Shown: positions 7,859 through 17,091, counted from the stretch's first letter. The stretch is DNA of 23,808 nt from Candidatus Methylomirabilis sp. (GCA_041498975.1 JBGQJI010000031.1:1-23808), one strand, 5' to 3'. Numbers and translations are program-made. The notes: generated by a model from the sequence alone, not told the origin.

Positions 7859-9159
7859 CGCCGCTCTCCGCGTTCGACGTCGGCGCAAAAGCGCTCGATC
7901 GGGACGCGCTCCTCGACTCCGGAGGCTAAATCTCTGATGATCAACTCATCATGGGAGACGCCCGGCCAGCCCAGCACGATGGCTCTGCCGATCCCTGAGA
8001 CCTTCGCATACTCGAGTGAGCCTTCCAAGTCCCGCTTGATGATATCCCTGGCAGTCGAGTATCCGCGTTCCCGGAGGATTCGCGCCACGCGCAGGGCGTG
8101 TCGTTTGTCGGGGTTGAAGTCGATGATCAGAAACCTGGGGCCGGCCACGACGGGAGCTCCGCCCTCGGCCTCCACGGCCAGCAGGACCTTATCCAGCTCG
8201 AAGGCGAAGCCGGTAGCGGGACAGGGGTAGCCGAACTGGCCGATCAGGTTGTCGTAGCGGCCCCCGCGGGAGATCTCCGAGCCCAGGCCATGCGTGAAAG
8301 CGCTGAAGGTGACGCCGGTGTGGTATTCGAACGCCCTGGCCTCCCCGAGATCGATGATGACCCGGTCCGCGAGACTGTAGTTCTCCAGGATCTCATAGAC
8401 CTGGGCCAGGTTCGCCAGGGCCTCCTGCGAGCGCCGATTTTGCGCCCGCTGCGCTGCCCGGGACAAGATCTCCTTGCCCCCGTACAGTGTCGGGAGATCG
8501 AGGACGGCCTGCTTGGTCCCATCGTCCGCATCCAGCCCCCCCAAAAGCAGTTCCAGTTCGAAGGCGTCTTTTCTGCCGATCGCCGAGACAAGCTGCCGGC
8601 GCTGGTCCGGGCTGGCCCCCAGGGCGTCAACCAGCCCACGGACATATTCGACCTGGCCGACGTCGATCTGGAAGCGCTGTAGCCCGAGGGCCTGGCATCC
8701 CTCGACCGCCATGGCCACCATCTCGGCATCCGCCTCCGGCTGCTGCAGCCCGATCAGCTCGACGCCGAGCTGGACGAACTCCCGCTGTCGGCCAGCTTGG
8801 GGGGCTTCGTACCGAAAGACGCTCGCCGTGTAGGAAAGACGCAGTGGAAGGGAGCGGTGTCGAAGGGTCGTCGCCACCAGGCGCGCCACCTGCGGGGTAG
8901 GGTCGTACCGCAGAGCCAGCAGGCGGCCGGTCTGCCGGTCAACGAACTTGAAAATCTTCTCGCCGCCCCCTTCTCCTGAGTCAGCGGAGAAGACCTCCAA
9001 ATATTCGAAGGTCGGCGTGATGACCTCCTGGAAGCCCCACCGCTCGAAGACCGAGAGGATGCGGCGTTCGGTCCAGCGGCGAAGCGCCGTCTCCTCGGGC
9101 GGAAAGACCCGGACCCCTTTCGGGATGGCCGTCCTGGAATAATAGTCGCGCTCGCTCAT
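7846..9159 (-). CDS. hisZ: ATP phosphoribosyltransferase regulatory subunit
   Basis: HisRS-like motifs (TPTFE, LRYDPT, FRYE..GRQREF.Q.G.E, YHTG, GGRYD); classic hisZ-purA adjacency. Confidence 0.88.
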   Translation of the reverse strand: MSERDYYSRTAIPKGVRVFPPEETALRRWTERRILSVFERWGFQEVITPTFEYLEVFSADSGEGGGEKIFKFVDRQTGRLLALRYDPTPQVARLVATTLRHRSLPLRLSYTASVFRYEAPQAGRQREFVQLGVELIGLQQPEADAEMVAMAVEGCQALGLQRFQIDVGQVEYVRGLVDALGASPDQRRQLVSAIGRKDAFELELLLGGLDADDGTKQAVLDLPTLYGGKEILSRAAQRAQNRRSQEALANLAQVYEILENYSLADRVIIDLGEARAFEYHTGVTFSAFTHGLGSEISRGGRYDNLIGQFGYPCPATGFAFELDKVLLAVEAEGGAPVVAGPRFLIIDFNPDKRHALRVARILRERGYSTARDIIKRDLEGSLEYAKVSGIGRAIVLGWPGVSHDELIIRDLASGVEERVPIERFCADVERGERRWPM

Positions 9160-9166
9160 GGGCAAT

Positions 9167-9315
9167 AAGCAGTCAGCGTTCAGCTATCAACCATCAGCTT
9201 TTAACAAAGGAGCAGGAGAATCAAGCCACAGTTTCTCAACGAGACAGGGATCAGTAAATCAGGTGTTGTTTTTCTCTTATCCTGCTGATCGCTGACTGCT
9301 GACAGCTAAACGCTT
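9167..9315. repeat. Inverted heptamer-repeat arms forming a long hairpin
   Basis: Left arm AGCAGTC AGCGTTC AGCTATC AACCATC AGC (9168-9198); right arm GCTGATC GCTGACT GCTGACA GCTAAAC GCT (9284-9314). Confidence 0.8.
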
Positions 9316-9324
9316 GTTTTCTGG

Positions 9325-10908
9325 TCAGGCCTTCACGAGTTTGACGAAGACGATGTTGGGGAGGCGCCGGATCTCCTCCATGACGTGTGCGGGAACGGGG
9401 GTGTCCACGTTGACCACTGACACGGCCCGGCCTCCTGGCCGCTCCCGGCCCAACTGCATTCCGGCGATGTTGACCTGATGTTTCCCGAGAAGGGTGCCGA
9501 TGGTTCCGATGACACCCGGCACGTCGAGGTTGGAAAAGATCAGGAGGTACCCTTCGGGGATAGCTTCCAGGCGAAACTCATCGATCCGGACGACCCTCGG
9601 CTCCCGGTGGCTGAACAGCGTCCCGGCGACCTCGCTCGTGCCGCGGTCGCTCCTGACCGCCACGGTGATGAGGCTGGTGTAGTCTGTCGCCTCCTCCATC
9701 ACCTTGCTCTCGATGACCCGGATGCTGCGCCCTTTGGCGAGGGCGAGGGCGTTGACATAGTTGACCGCATCCTCCATGAACGGGTCCAGCGCGCCCTTGA
9801 CGACGGCGGCGGTGAGAGGGGCGGGATCGTACCCGGCGATCTCGCCACGGTAATCGATCCGGACCTCGTGCATCCGCCCCTCGGCAAGCTGGGAGGCCAG
9901 GCGACCCAGTTTCTCGCACAGGATCAGGTATGGCTGGAGCGCCTTGTAGAGCTCCGGGTCCATCGATGGGGCGTTCACGGCGTTCCTGATGATCCCCTTC
10001 TGGAGGTAATCGACGATCTGCTGGGCGATCTCGACGGCGACGTTCTCCTGGGCCTCCTCGCTCGATGCCCCGAGGTGCGGCGTGCAGATGAAGTTGCTCA
10101 GCTCGAAGAGGGGCGAATTCGTATTCGGTTCCTGCTCGAAGACGTCCAGGGCGGCGCCCGCGACCTTGCCGGCCTTCAACGCGTCGTACAGGGCGCCCTC
10201 GTCGATGATCCCGCCCCGCGCGCAGTTGACGATCCGGACTCCCGTCTTCATCTGGGCGATCGCGCTCCCATCGATGAGATGGTGCGTCTCCGGGGTCATC
10301 GGGGTGTGGATGGTGATGAAGTCCGCTCGCCGGAATAGATCCGGCAGCTCGACCAGTTCAACCCCGATGGCGGCCGCCGCCTCCTCGGAGATAAAGGGGT
10401 CATAGGCGATGAGGCGCATGGCGAAACCCTTGGCGCGTCGAGCCACCTCGCTCCCGATACGTCCCAGCCCGATCACGCCGAGCGTCTTGCCCGCCACCTC
10501 GACGCTGAGAAATGCCTTCTTCTCCCACCGGCCGCTTTTCAACGAGGCGGTGGCCTGAGGGACGTTCTTGGAGAGGGCCAGCAGGAGCGAAAAGGCGTGC
10601 TCGGCGGTCGTCAAGGTGTTGCCGCTCGGGGCATTCATGACCAAGATCCCTCGCGCCGTCGCCGCCTCGACGTCCACATTATCCACCCCGACCCCCGCCC
10701 GACCCACCACCTTGAGACGCCGGGTGGCCTGCAGGACGGGCGCGGTCACCTTCGTGGCGCTCCGGACGATGAGGCCGTCGTAGTTGTCGATGCAGGCGTG
10801 GAGGGCGTCAGGTGTCAGCCGTTCGCGCACATCGACCTCGAACTTCTCGGCCTGGCGAAGGACCTCGATCCCTCGGTGGGACAGACCATCGGTCACAAGG
10901 ATTCGCAT
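9325..10908 (-). CDS. serA: D-3-phosphoglycerate dehydrogenase (long form with ASB and ACT domains)
   Basis: GRAGVGVDN, GLGRIG, NCARGG and TPHLGAS motifs; C-terminal ACT domain DVPGVIG. Confidence 0.97.
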   Translation of the reverse strand: MRILVTDGLSHRGIEVLRQAEKFEVDVRERLTPDALHACIDNYDGLIVRSATKVTAPVLQATRRLKVVGRAGVGVDNVDVEAATARGILVMNAPSGNTLTTAEHAFSLLLALSKNVPQATASLKSGRWEKKAFLSVEVAGKTLGVIGLGRIGSEVARRAKGFAMRLIAYDPFISEEAAAAIGVELVELPDLFRRADFITIHTPMTPETHHLIDGSAIAQMKTGVRIVNCARGGIIDEGALYDALKAGKVAGAALDVFEQEPNTNSPLFELSNFICTPHLGASSEEAQENVAVEIAQQIVDYLQKGIIRNAVNAPSMDPELYKALQPYLILCEKLGRLASQLAEGRMHEVRIDYRGEIAGYDPAPLTAAVVKGALDPFMEDAVNYVNALALAKGRSIRVIESKVMEEATDYTSLITVAVRSDRGTSEVAGTLFSHREPRVVRIDEFRLEAIPEGYLLIFSNLDVPGVIGTIGTLLGKHQVNIAGMQLGRERPGGRAVSVVNVDTPVPAHVMEEIRRLPNIVFVKLVKA

Positions 10909-10972
10909 TCGTCTCCCTCAACTCGGCTGGTTCGTATCGGTAATGGAGAGAGGCAAGGCGCCGAAAGCCTAC

Positions 10973-12112
10973 TCAGCCTGCCCGGCTCAGGAGTTCCTGA
11001 GCTGCCCGCAGTCCCTCGCCCAGCTTGCACGGATAGCCAAGGTCGTAGAGTGTCCGTTCGAGGGCCGAGAGGCAGACAACGACGTCGGATTCATCGGCGT
11101 ATCCCAGGTGGGCGAGGCGGAAGATCTTTCCCTTGACCTTGGTCTGCCCGCCCGAGATGGTGATTCCGTGGGCCGTCCGGAGCATCTTGACGATGGCGCT
11201 TGCCTCGATACCTGGCGGGACCGTGACAGCGGTAAGCGCGGGGGTGGGCCGTTCGGCGAACAGTTCGAGTCCGAGCGCGGTGACGCCGGCGCGTGTGGCC
11301 CTGGCGAGGCGGTCATGCCGGGCAAAGACGGCGGGGAGACCCTCCGCCCTGATCGCGGCGAGCGACTCGTGCAGCGCCACGACCAACGAGACCGCCGGCG
11401 TGAAGGCGTTCTGGTTCTTCTCCAAGCTCTTCCGCTCGGCTTTGAAGTTGAAGTAGAACTTCGGAAGGCGGGAGCGGTCCACCATGGCCCAGGCCTTGTC
11501 GGAGACCCCGCAGAGGGCAAGGCCCGGCGGGATCATCAGCGACTTCTGGGAGCCGCCCACGACGACGTCCACCCCCCAGGCATCCATCGGCAGGTCCACG
11601 ACCCCGAGGCTCGTAATGGCGTCAACGACCAGGAGGGCAGGGGTGGTCCGGACGATCCGCGCGATCGCCTCGGCGTCGTGAAGGACGCCGGTGGAGCTCT
11701 CGCTGTGGGTGGCGAAGACCGCCTTGATGGTGGAATCGGCCTTCAGCGCCGCCGCCACAAGGTCGGGGTTCACTGCTTTGCCCCACTCCACATCGATATA
11801 CTGGGGCTGGAGGCCGTAAGCTTCGCAGATCTCCCCCCAACGTTCGCCGAACTTGCCGCCGCGGATCACCAGGGCGCGATCCCCTGGGGAGAGGGTGTTC
11901 ACCACCGCGCCTTCCATTCCACCGGTGCCTGAGGAGGCAAAAAGCAGGACCTCGTTCTTCGTTTGGAAGAGGATCTTCAGCCCCTCCCGAACCCGAGCCA
12001 GAAGCGCTTCATACTCCGGACCGCGATGGTAAATGATCGGCCTGGCCATCGCCAGCAACGCCTCCGGCAGGACAGGAGTCGGGCCGGGAGCCAGGAGATG
12101 TTTCTTTTTCAT
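10973..12112 (-). CDS. Class V PLP aminotransferase (alanine-glyoxylate/serine-pyruvate type; probably supplies the SerC function)
   Basis: APGPTP, SSGTGGME, HSESSTG, VDAITS and GSQK(PLP-Lys)SLMIPPG motifs; directly upstream of serA; ATG at 12112. Confidence 0.92.
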   Translation of the reverse strand: MKKKHLLAPGPTPVLPEALLAMARPIIYHRGPEYEALLARVREGLKILFQTKNEVLLFASSGTGGMEGAVVNTLSPGDRALVIRGGKFGERWGEICEAYGLQPQYIDVEWGKAVNPDLVAAALKADSTIKAVFATHSESSTGVLHDAEAIARIVRTTPALLVVDAITSLGVVDLPMDAWGVDVVVGGSQKSLMIPPGLALCGVSDKAWAMVDRSRLPKFYFNFKAERKSLEKNQNAFTPAVSLVVALHESLAAIRAEGLPAVFARHDRLARATRAGVTALGLELFAERPTPALTAVTVPPGIEASAIVKMLRTAHGITISGGQTKVKGKIFRLAHLGYADESDVVVCLSALERTLYDLGYPCKLGEGLRAAQELLSRAG

Positions 12113-12166
12113 GAGTCTGTCTCGCTTTCGTCGTGGGGCTTGCGATGTCCCTAAGAACGCCCGCTG

Positions 12167-12196
12167 ACTATATCGAAAACGACGCGGTACTGTCAA
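12167..12196 (-). promoter_or_regulatory. Sigma70-type promoter of the aminotransferase-serA-hisZ-purA operon
   Basis: TTGACA, 18 bp, TATAGT on the minus strand. Confidence 0.6.
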
Positions 12197-12250
12197 GGTG
12201 AAAGCGGCCCCAGGCGGTCGCCGGATGCTCCTCCGGCGGATCCAGGCGGG

Positions 12251-13726
12251 TCAGTTCAGGTGGCGGGCGACGGATCGGATCAGGGGATCGATCTGAAGGG
12301 GACCAAGGCCCAGCTCGACGGCGAGGCGCTCCGGCGTGGGAGCCTGTCCCTGGCGCCAGAGGTCCAGGAGGAACGGGCCGGTCCGGTCATTCCGGTACCA
12401 CTCCTCGTCAAACCGCTCGTACAGCTCTTCTCTGAGCTGGGCCTCGAAAATCCAGGCTCGCAGGTAGCGGGCGACGTAGAAGGCCGGGTCCACGTCGCAC
12501 AGGTACAGCTCGGGCGGGAACTCGGCCCCGGCCGCCTGTGAGACCAGATTCCGGTATGTCTCGGCCGCCTGCGCGTGGGGCGGCCCGTCGTACAGGGCAC
12601 GCTCGTAGGTGAGCTTGGCGGAGTACCGCCGGATCATGTAGAGCTTGTGCAGGGCGACCAGGCGGAGGACGTCGCGGTCCCGCGGGATTGCGAGGAACCG
12701 TCGCACGAACCCGGGCTCCAGCAGAAGCCCTTGCAGCAGAAAAGCGAATGCCTCTGTCAGGGAGGGATCGCCCAATCTGCGGAACTCCACGGCGAGGGCG
12801 GGGTCGGTGTTGGCGAAGTGTAGCGCATGTCCCAACTCATGCAGATAGGCGGAAGCGTCGCCCCACCCCCCACTGGGCCGCACCACCAAGATCACCCGCT
12901 GGGGGATCTCGATCGGCGCGACAAAGGCTCGACCCGTCTTTGTCTGACGCGTTTCGGCGTCGATCTGAATGCGCCCCCCCGCCCTGTAGTCGATTCGCAT
13001 GCTATTCGAGGCCGCCTCGACTGCGGTACCGATCCCGCCAGGAGGCAGAAACCGATCGAACTCTGCCCCCCGGAACAGTCGCGCAAGGTCGTGGCGCTTG
13101 GCCTCGGCGTGCGGAACGCCGAGCACGCGCTTCAGCATCCACTTCAGCACGTCGGTGTACATCTCCTCGGTCCGGGCAAGCAGGGTGTGGCCCAGTTTTT
13201 CGAGGTCATCGAGGCGGATTCCTGAGAGCTCTTCCCAGAACGCGGGGTAGCTCACGCCGCCGAGGCGGGCGATCGTCTCCTGCAGGCGGGCCAGCCGTTC
13301 CCGCCGCAAGGGGTTCAGCCGGTCGATGACCTGAGCGTGGGCCCGCTCGAGTCCTGACCGGCGGGCTCGGTCTGCCTCATCCCGGATGGCGGCCTCGGCA
13401 CCCCTGAGGGGAATCGTTCTCTCCTCGACCGAGACGAAGGCGCTTGCCTCCTCGCTTAGGATGCGGTCGGTCACGCCCTGTACTTCGGCCTCCAGAAAGG
13501 CGTGGGTCAGGAACTCCAACAACAGCCGCCGCCCATTCGTAGCCCCACCTTCGGCGGCTGCCGCCCGCGCCTCTTCGAGTCGAGTCGAGTCGAACAGATG
13601 CCGGTTGCGGTCATAGATCGTGGCGAGCTGGCTCTGGAGCTTGAGCCCAGCCTGATGAAGGTACTCTTCCTCCGCCAGTTGCAGCAGGAACGATTCGATC
13701 TCTTGCCGGAGCGGATCAAGATCCAC
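12251..13726 (-). CDS. M3/oligoendopeptidase-like zinc metallopeptidase
   Basis: YLHELGHALH (HExxH) with a downstream LTEAFAFL third-ligand Glu; late FYVARY motif. Confidence 0.8.
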   Translation of the reverse strand: MDLDPLRQEIESFLLQLAEEEYLHQAGLKLQSQLATIYDRNRHLFDSTRLEEARAAAAEGGATNGRRLLLEFLTHAFLEAEVQGVTDRILSEEASAFVSVEERTIPLRGAEAAIRDEADRARRSGLERAHAQVIDRLNPLRRERLARLQETIARLGGVSYPAFWEELSGIRLDDLEKLGHTLLARTEEMYTDVLKWMLKRVLGVPHAEAKRHDLARLFRGAEFDRFLPPGGIGTAVEAASNSMRIDYRAGGRIQIDAETRQTKTGRAFVAPIEIPQRVILVVRPSGGWGDASAYLHELGHALHFANTDPALAVEFRRLGDPSLTEAFAFLLQGLLLEPGFVRRFLAIPRDRDVLRLVALHKLYMIRRYSAKLTYERALYDGPPHAQAAETYRNLVSQAAGAEFPPELYLCDVDPAFYVARYLRAWIFEAQLREELYERFDEEWYRNDRTGPFLLDLWRQGQAPTPERLAVELGLGPLQIDPLIRSVARHLN

Positions 13727-13802
13727 GGGCTCGTCCTCTTCGGATTCCCAGATTCATTCCCTGCGAGATTGGGTGGTCTTTTACAAACGCATCAAGTACG
13801 GT

Positions 13803-14024
13803 ATCATTGCGAAGGAACGAAGGGACTGAAGCAATCTGACCTGAAAGGCATGCCCTGAGCTACGTCGAAGGGTCATTCCGAGCGCATTCACTCCGTTCAG
13901 TGTAAACTCCGCGAGGAATCTCAGAGAGATTGTGCAGCCTGTCCCGAGCACTGCCGAGGGAGCTGCGCCTCGCAACGACACTGCGTGTCGGATTGCCGCG
14001 TTCCCGTTGGTCGCTCGCAATGAC
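13803..14024. repeat. Composite palindromic intergenic repeat, copy 1
   Basis: Ends ATCATTGCGA...TCGCAATGAC; internal GTCATTCCGAGCG...GAGGAATCTC module. Confidence 0.88.
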
Positions 14025-14051
14025 AATCGAACAACATGTAATGCGCGTGCT

Positions 14052-14399
14052 TTAGTCCTCGATCTCAGCCCCTTCGCCGGCCGCCCCTTCCTCCATGGCT
14101 CCTTCCATCATCTCATCGAAGTCTTCGCCGACGTCCTCTCCCATCTCTTTCCCCATCCGCTTGGCCCAGCGGGCGACACTCTTCGGGTCGTTCTCATCCA
14201 GGTCGCCGAATTTGCTCGGATCGGCCATCTTTTCCAAGCGGCTCTCTTCGGACTTGACCACGGCGAACCGGGAGAGGAGACGCGTCAGCTCCCGGCCCCC
14301 GCAGCGGGGACAGACCGGCTTGGGGGGAGTGGTGATAGTCCGGATCAGCAGGCTGACTCGTTTCTTGCAGCCGCCGCAAGAGTATTCATAGATCGGCAT
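14052..14399 (-). CDS. FmdB-family zinc-ribbon protein
   Basis: MPIYEYSCGGC...CPRCG...L.RLLS; acidic tail. Confidence 0.9.
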   Translation of the reverse strand: MPIYEYSCGGCKKRVSLLIRTITTPPKPVCPRCGGRELTRLLSRFAVVKSEESRLEKMADPSKFGDLDENDPKSVARWAKRMGKEMGEDVGEDFDEMMEGAMEEGAAGEGAEIED

Positions 14400-14416
14400 C
14401 GTGCGCCCCTTTTCTG

Positions 14417-15346
14417 TCAGGTCTCGGCGTGATAAAGCGCCAACAGTTCTATCGCGACCCGTCGTAGCTCTATGCGAAGGGCCACCGGTTCGATGACCTC
14501 TACGGCGGGACCGAAGGAGAGGAGCCAGCCCAGAAGTTCCCGCACTCCGGATGCTTGGCTCCTGAGCAGGAGGATCCCGCCATCTCTCTCGTCCACCTGT
14601 AACCCATAGGGAAGGTCGCCGGCAGGGGCGAGGGCGGAAACCGGGGGGTGGAGTCTCACCTTGACCCTAAGGGCGGTCGCCGGGAATGCGGCCGCCTTTT
14701 TCCGACGGGCAGGTCGTGAGCGGCCGCCTTTCCGTTCGGAAAAGGCGGCCGACCTGATCTGCTCCAGTCGGATCGTCAGGCTTCTCGCCTTGGCCGCATC
14801 GTCTGCCAGCAGCAGCCAGCCGTTTTCTCGAAGGCTCAGGTGTCGGGGGTTCACCTCGATCGATCGCGGCCGGCTCCTGTCGCTCTTGGCGTACTGGATC
14901 GTAAGCCTGCGGCCCGTTGCCATCGCCTCCTGCACGAGGGAGAGGATCTGAGCCGCTCCGGTCGAGGGCGATGGAACCCCCGGTAGAGCTAATGGCATCT
15001 GTCCCTCCAGGATTGGCGATGCGGGGGCCAGCCGCAGGGCCAGCTTGGACTGGGCGCTTTGCAGAGCTCGCGCCATCGGACCTTCCTGCTCGACGACGCG
15101 ACTCGCCGCGACTCGAAGCGCAAGCGCTTCTTCGCCCGTCAGGTAGATCGGGGGCAGGAAGGTCGGGGAGGGGAGTCGGTAGCCGCGATCGAAGTAGACC
15201 GGCAGGCCGAGTGTCTGGAGCGTGTGTAGATCGCGGAATATGCTCCGCTCCGACACCCGGCAACGCGCCGCCAGATCGGCAGGCCGCATGCCCGGAGAGG
15301 TCTTCAGAAGGGAAAGGATCTCCTGGAGGCGCTCAGCTCTCGCCAT
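14417..15346 (-). CDS. HTH-WYL-WCX transcriptional regulator (YafY/PafC/DriD-like)
   Basis: wHTH LAARCRVSERSIFRDL...GYRL...LTGEEA; WYL-like region; WCX tail WLLSFGPAVEVIEPVALR. Confidence 0.88.
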   Translation of the reverse strand: MARAERLQEILSLLKTSPGMRPADLAARCRVSERSIFRDLHTLQTLGLPVYFDRGYRLPSPTFLPPIYLTGEEALALRVAASRVVEQEGPMARALQSAQSKLALRLAPASPILEGQMPLALPGVPSPSTGAAQILSLVQEAMATGRRLTIQYAKSDRSRPRSIEVNPRHLSLRENGWLLLADDAAKARSLTIRLEQIRSAAFSERKGGRSRPARRKKAAAFPATALRVKVRLHPPVSALAPAGDLPYGLQVDERDGGILLLRSQASGVRELLGWLLSFGPAVEVIEPVALRIELRRVAIELLALYHAET

Positions 15347-15375
15347 GGGAGGGCGCAACCTCCTGCTGACGTATG

Positions 15376-15451
15376 CTGTTATCAGATCAGCCCGCGCCTG
15401 TCAAGTGCAGACGGCTTTCTCCTTGACCGGGCTGCATGGTTGTGGTATCTG
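15376..15451. promoter_or_regulatory. Back-to-back divergent sigma70-type promoters (WYL and RDD genes)
   Basis: Minus strand: TTGACA (15404-15399), 17 bp, TAACAG. Plus strand: TTGACC (15423-15428), 17 bp, TATCTG. Both have a TGn extension. Confidence 0.5.
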
Positions 15452-15476
15452 AGCACCGGAAGGAGGGAATCAGCCA

Positions 15477-16319
15477 ATGCGCTGTCCGACATGCGGCTAC
15501 GTGAGCTTCGATCACCTGGATGCCTGCAAGAAGTGCGGGGCCGACCTTCACAAAGGAAAGCAGCGCGAGAGTATTCCGGCATTCACCGCTGTCCCGGCCG
15601 GTCAGCGGCCGGGAGCTACCACGCTCGCGGCCGGGCCAAGCCCAGCCGGTCCGCCACAGAAGTCGGACGTTCGAGCACAAGAGATCGACGCCCTCTTCGC
15701 CGGGCTCTCTGATTCACCGGGATCTGCGCCGGCGTCCGGGCCAGAGGAACAGGAAAACACACCCTTCCATCTGCCGCTTGAGACGCTCCCGCCACTGCCT
15801 CCTTCACGCGGCGGCGTGGCCTCACTCGCAGACGTGCAGGCTGATATGGTAGGACCTGTCGGGATAGACATCCCCCCAAGGGCCGGGTTCTGGATCCGAG
15901 CGGCGGCGTGGATCGCCGACATGCTCTTCCTGATTTTACCTGTCTTCATCTCGGGCGTCCTGGTCTGGGCAACGGTGATCCTCGGGGGATGGCTAGGGGG
16001 CGAGATCAACGATCAGGTGAAGGCCTTTGCCGCGATTTCAGGTGCTGCCATTGTCATTGTGAGCGGATTTCTGTATTTCACCCTGTTTGTAGGGGCGTTC
16101 GGGCAGACCCCGGGGAAGATGCTTTTCCGCCTCAAGGTCGTCCGAACGAACGACCAAGAGATGACGTACGGCAGAGCAGTTCTTCGATCGTTGTGCTGGA
16201 TTCTCTCGCTGCTGCTTTTCAGCGTGGGCTTCCTGATGATCGCCTTCAACCGGCAAAAACAGGGGCTGCACGACATGCTGGCGGGGACCTACGTGGTCTA
16301 CACTCAACGCGGGAATTGA
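15477..16319 (+). CDS. RDD-family membrane protein with an N-terminal zinc ribbon
   Basis: CPTC...CKKC; AGFWIRAAAWIAD, GQTPGKMLFRLKVV and QGLHDMLAGTYVV motifs. Confidence 0.92.
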   Translation: MRCPTCGYVSFDHLDACKKCGADLHKGKQRESIPAFTAVPAGQRPGATTLAAGPSPAGPPQKSDVRAQEIDALFAGLSDSPGSAPASGPEEQENTPFHLPLETLPPLPPSRGGVASLADVQADMVGPVGIDIPPRAGFWIRAAAWIADMLFLILPVFISGVLVWATVILGGWLGGEINDQVKAFAAISGAAIVIVSGFLYFTLFVGAFGQTPGKMLFRLKVVRTNDQEMTYGRAVLRSLCWILSLLLFSVGFLMIAFNRQKQGLHDMLAGTYVVYTQRGN

Positions 16320-16333
16320 ACCGGCTCCACTCC

Positions 16334-16362
16334 TTGACAAAACAGCTTCACGGTGCTACAAA
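16334..16362 (+). promoter_or_regulatory. Probable tRNA-Phe promoter
   Basis: TTGACA, 17 bp, (TGC)TACAAA. Confidence 0.5.
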
Positions 16363-16403
16363 GAACGGGCCTTCCTAGAGTATTTGACCCCCTTTCCGAG
16401 TTC

Positions 16404-16479
16404 GGGCAGGTAGCTCAGTCGGTAGAGCACAGGACTGAAAATCCTGGTGTCGACGGTTCGATTCCGCCCCTGCCCACCA
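16404..16479 (+). tRNA. tRNA-Phe(GAA)
   Basis: GGGCAGG acceptor stem, CAGGA-CTGAAAA-TCCTG anticodon arm, TTCGATT T-loop, ACCA end. Confidence 0.96.
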
Positions 16480-16545
16480 CCTCCCTTCGCGTGCTTGGGT
16501 GCCCGCCTAACAATCCATAGCAAACGTATTAAGTGGTGTTGCATT

Positions 16546-16753
16546 GTCACTGCGAGCGACCAACGGGAGCGCGGCAATCCGACACGGAGTGTCGTTGCGA
16601 GGCGCAGCCCCCTCGGCAGGGCTCGGGACAGGCTGCGCAATCTCTCTGAGATTCCTCGCGGAGTTTACACTGAACGAAGTGAATGTGCTCGGAATGACCC
16701 TTCGGGTCAGATTGCTTCGTCCCCTTCGCTTCGCTCTGGGTCCTCGCAATGAC
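16546..16753. repeat. Composite palindromic intergenic repeat, copy 2 (inverted relative to copy 1)
   Basis: GTCACTGCGAG...CTCGCAATGAC; 16543-16704 is the reverse complement of 13866-14027 with 8 mismatches by manual count. Confidence 0.9.
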
Positions 16754-16765
16754 ACTTTGCCAGAG

Positions 16766-17071
16766 TCACATTTTCTTGAAGTCGTAAGCGATCTGCCAGA
16801 TGTCGTAGGCGTAGACGCGCACCCTGTCGCCCACCCCAATCCGGGCCGCATCCAGAGCTTGCCGCCCCGTTGAGCTCAGCCGATAGGTGTAACGCCCTGT
16901 GTCCTCGCGGAGCGTGACAGTTGTACTGCTGATCTCCACGACCTGTCCGATCCTGACAACTTGGCTTACATCCTCGGCCCGCGCCTTTTCCAATAGCTGA
17001 ATCATCGAAAGGCCAGCCGTGAGGAGTGTCGCGATTGCGGCCGCTGCCGTGAACCGTCGGATGTTTCGCAT
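16766..17071 (-). CDS. Small secreted beta-barrel/OB-fold-like protein
   Basis: Signal peptide ending ARA; GQVVEISSTTVTL...IGVGDRVRV pattern; 20 bp downstream of the receptor gene. Confidence 0.75.
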   Translation of the reverse strand: MRNIRRFTAAAAIATLLTAGLSMIQLLEKARAEDVSQVVRIGQVVEISSTTVTLREDTGRYTYRLSSTGRQALDAARIGVGDRVRVYAYDIWQIAYDFKKM

Positions 17072-17091
17072 GCTCTTCCTCCTTGATTTGG

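Noticed and set aside
13781..14026. Near-identical ORFs MSLRATNG... at 13781-14026 (-) and 16544-16873 (+)
   Set aside because: They are translations of the palindromic repeat copies, with no RBS or independent coding evidence
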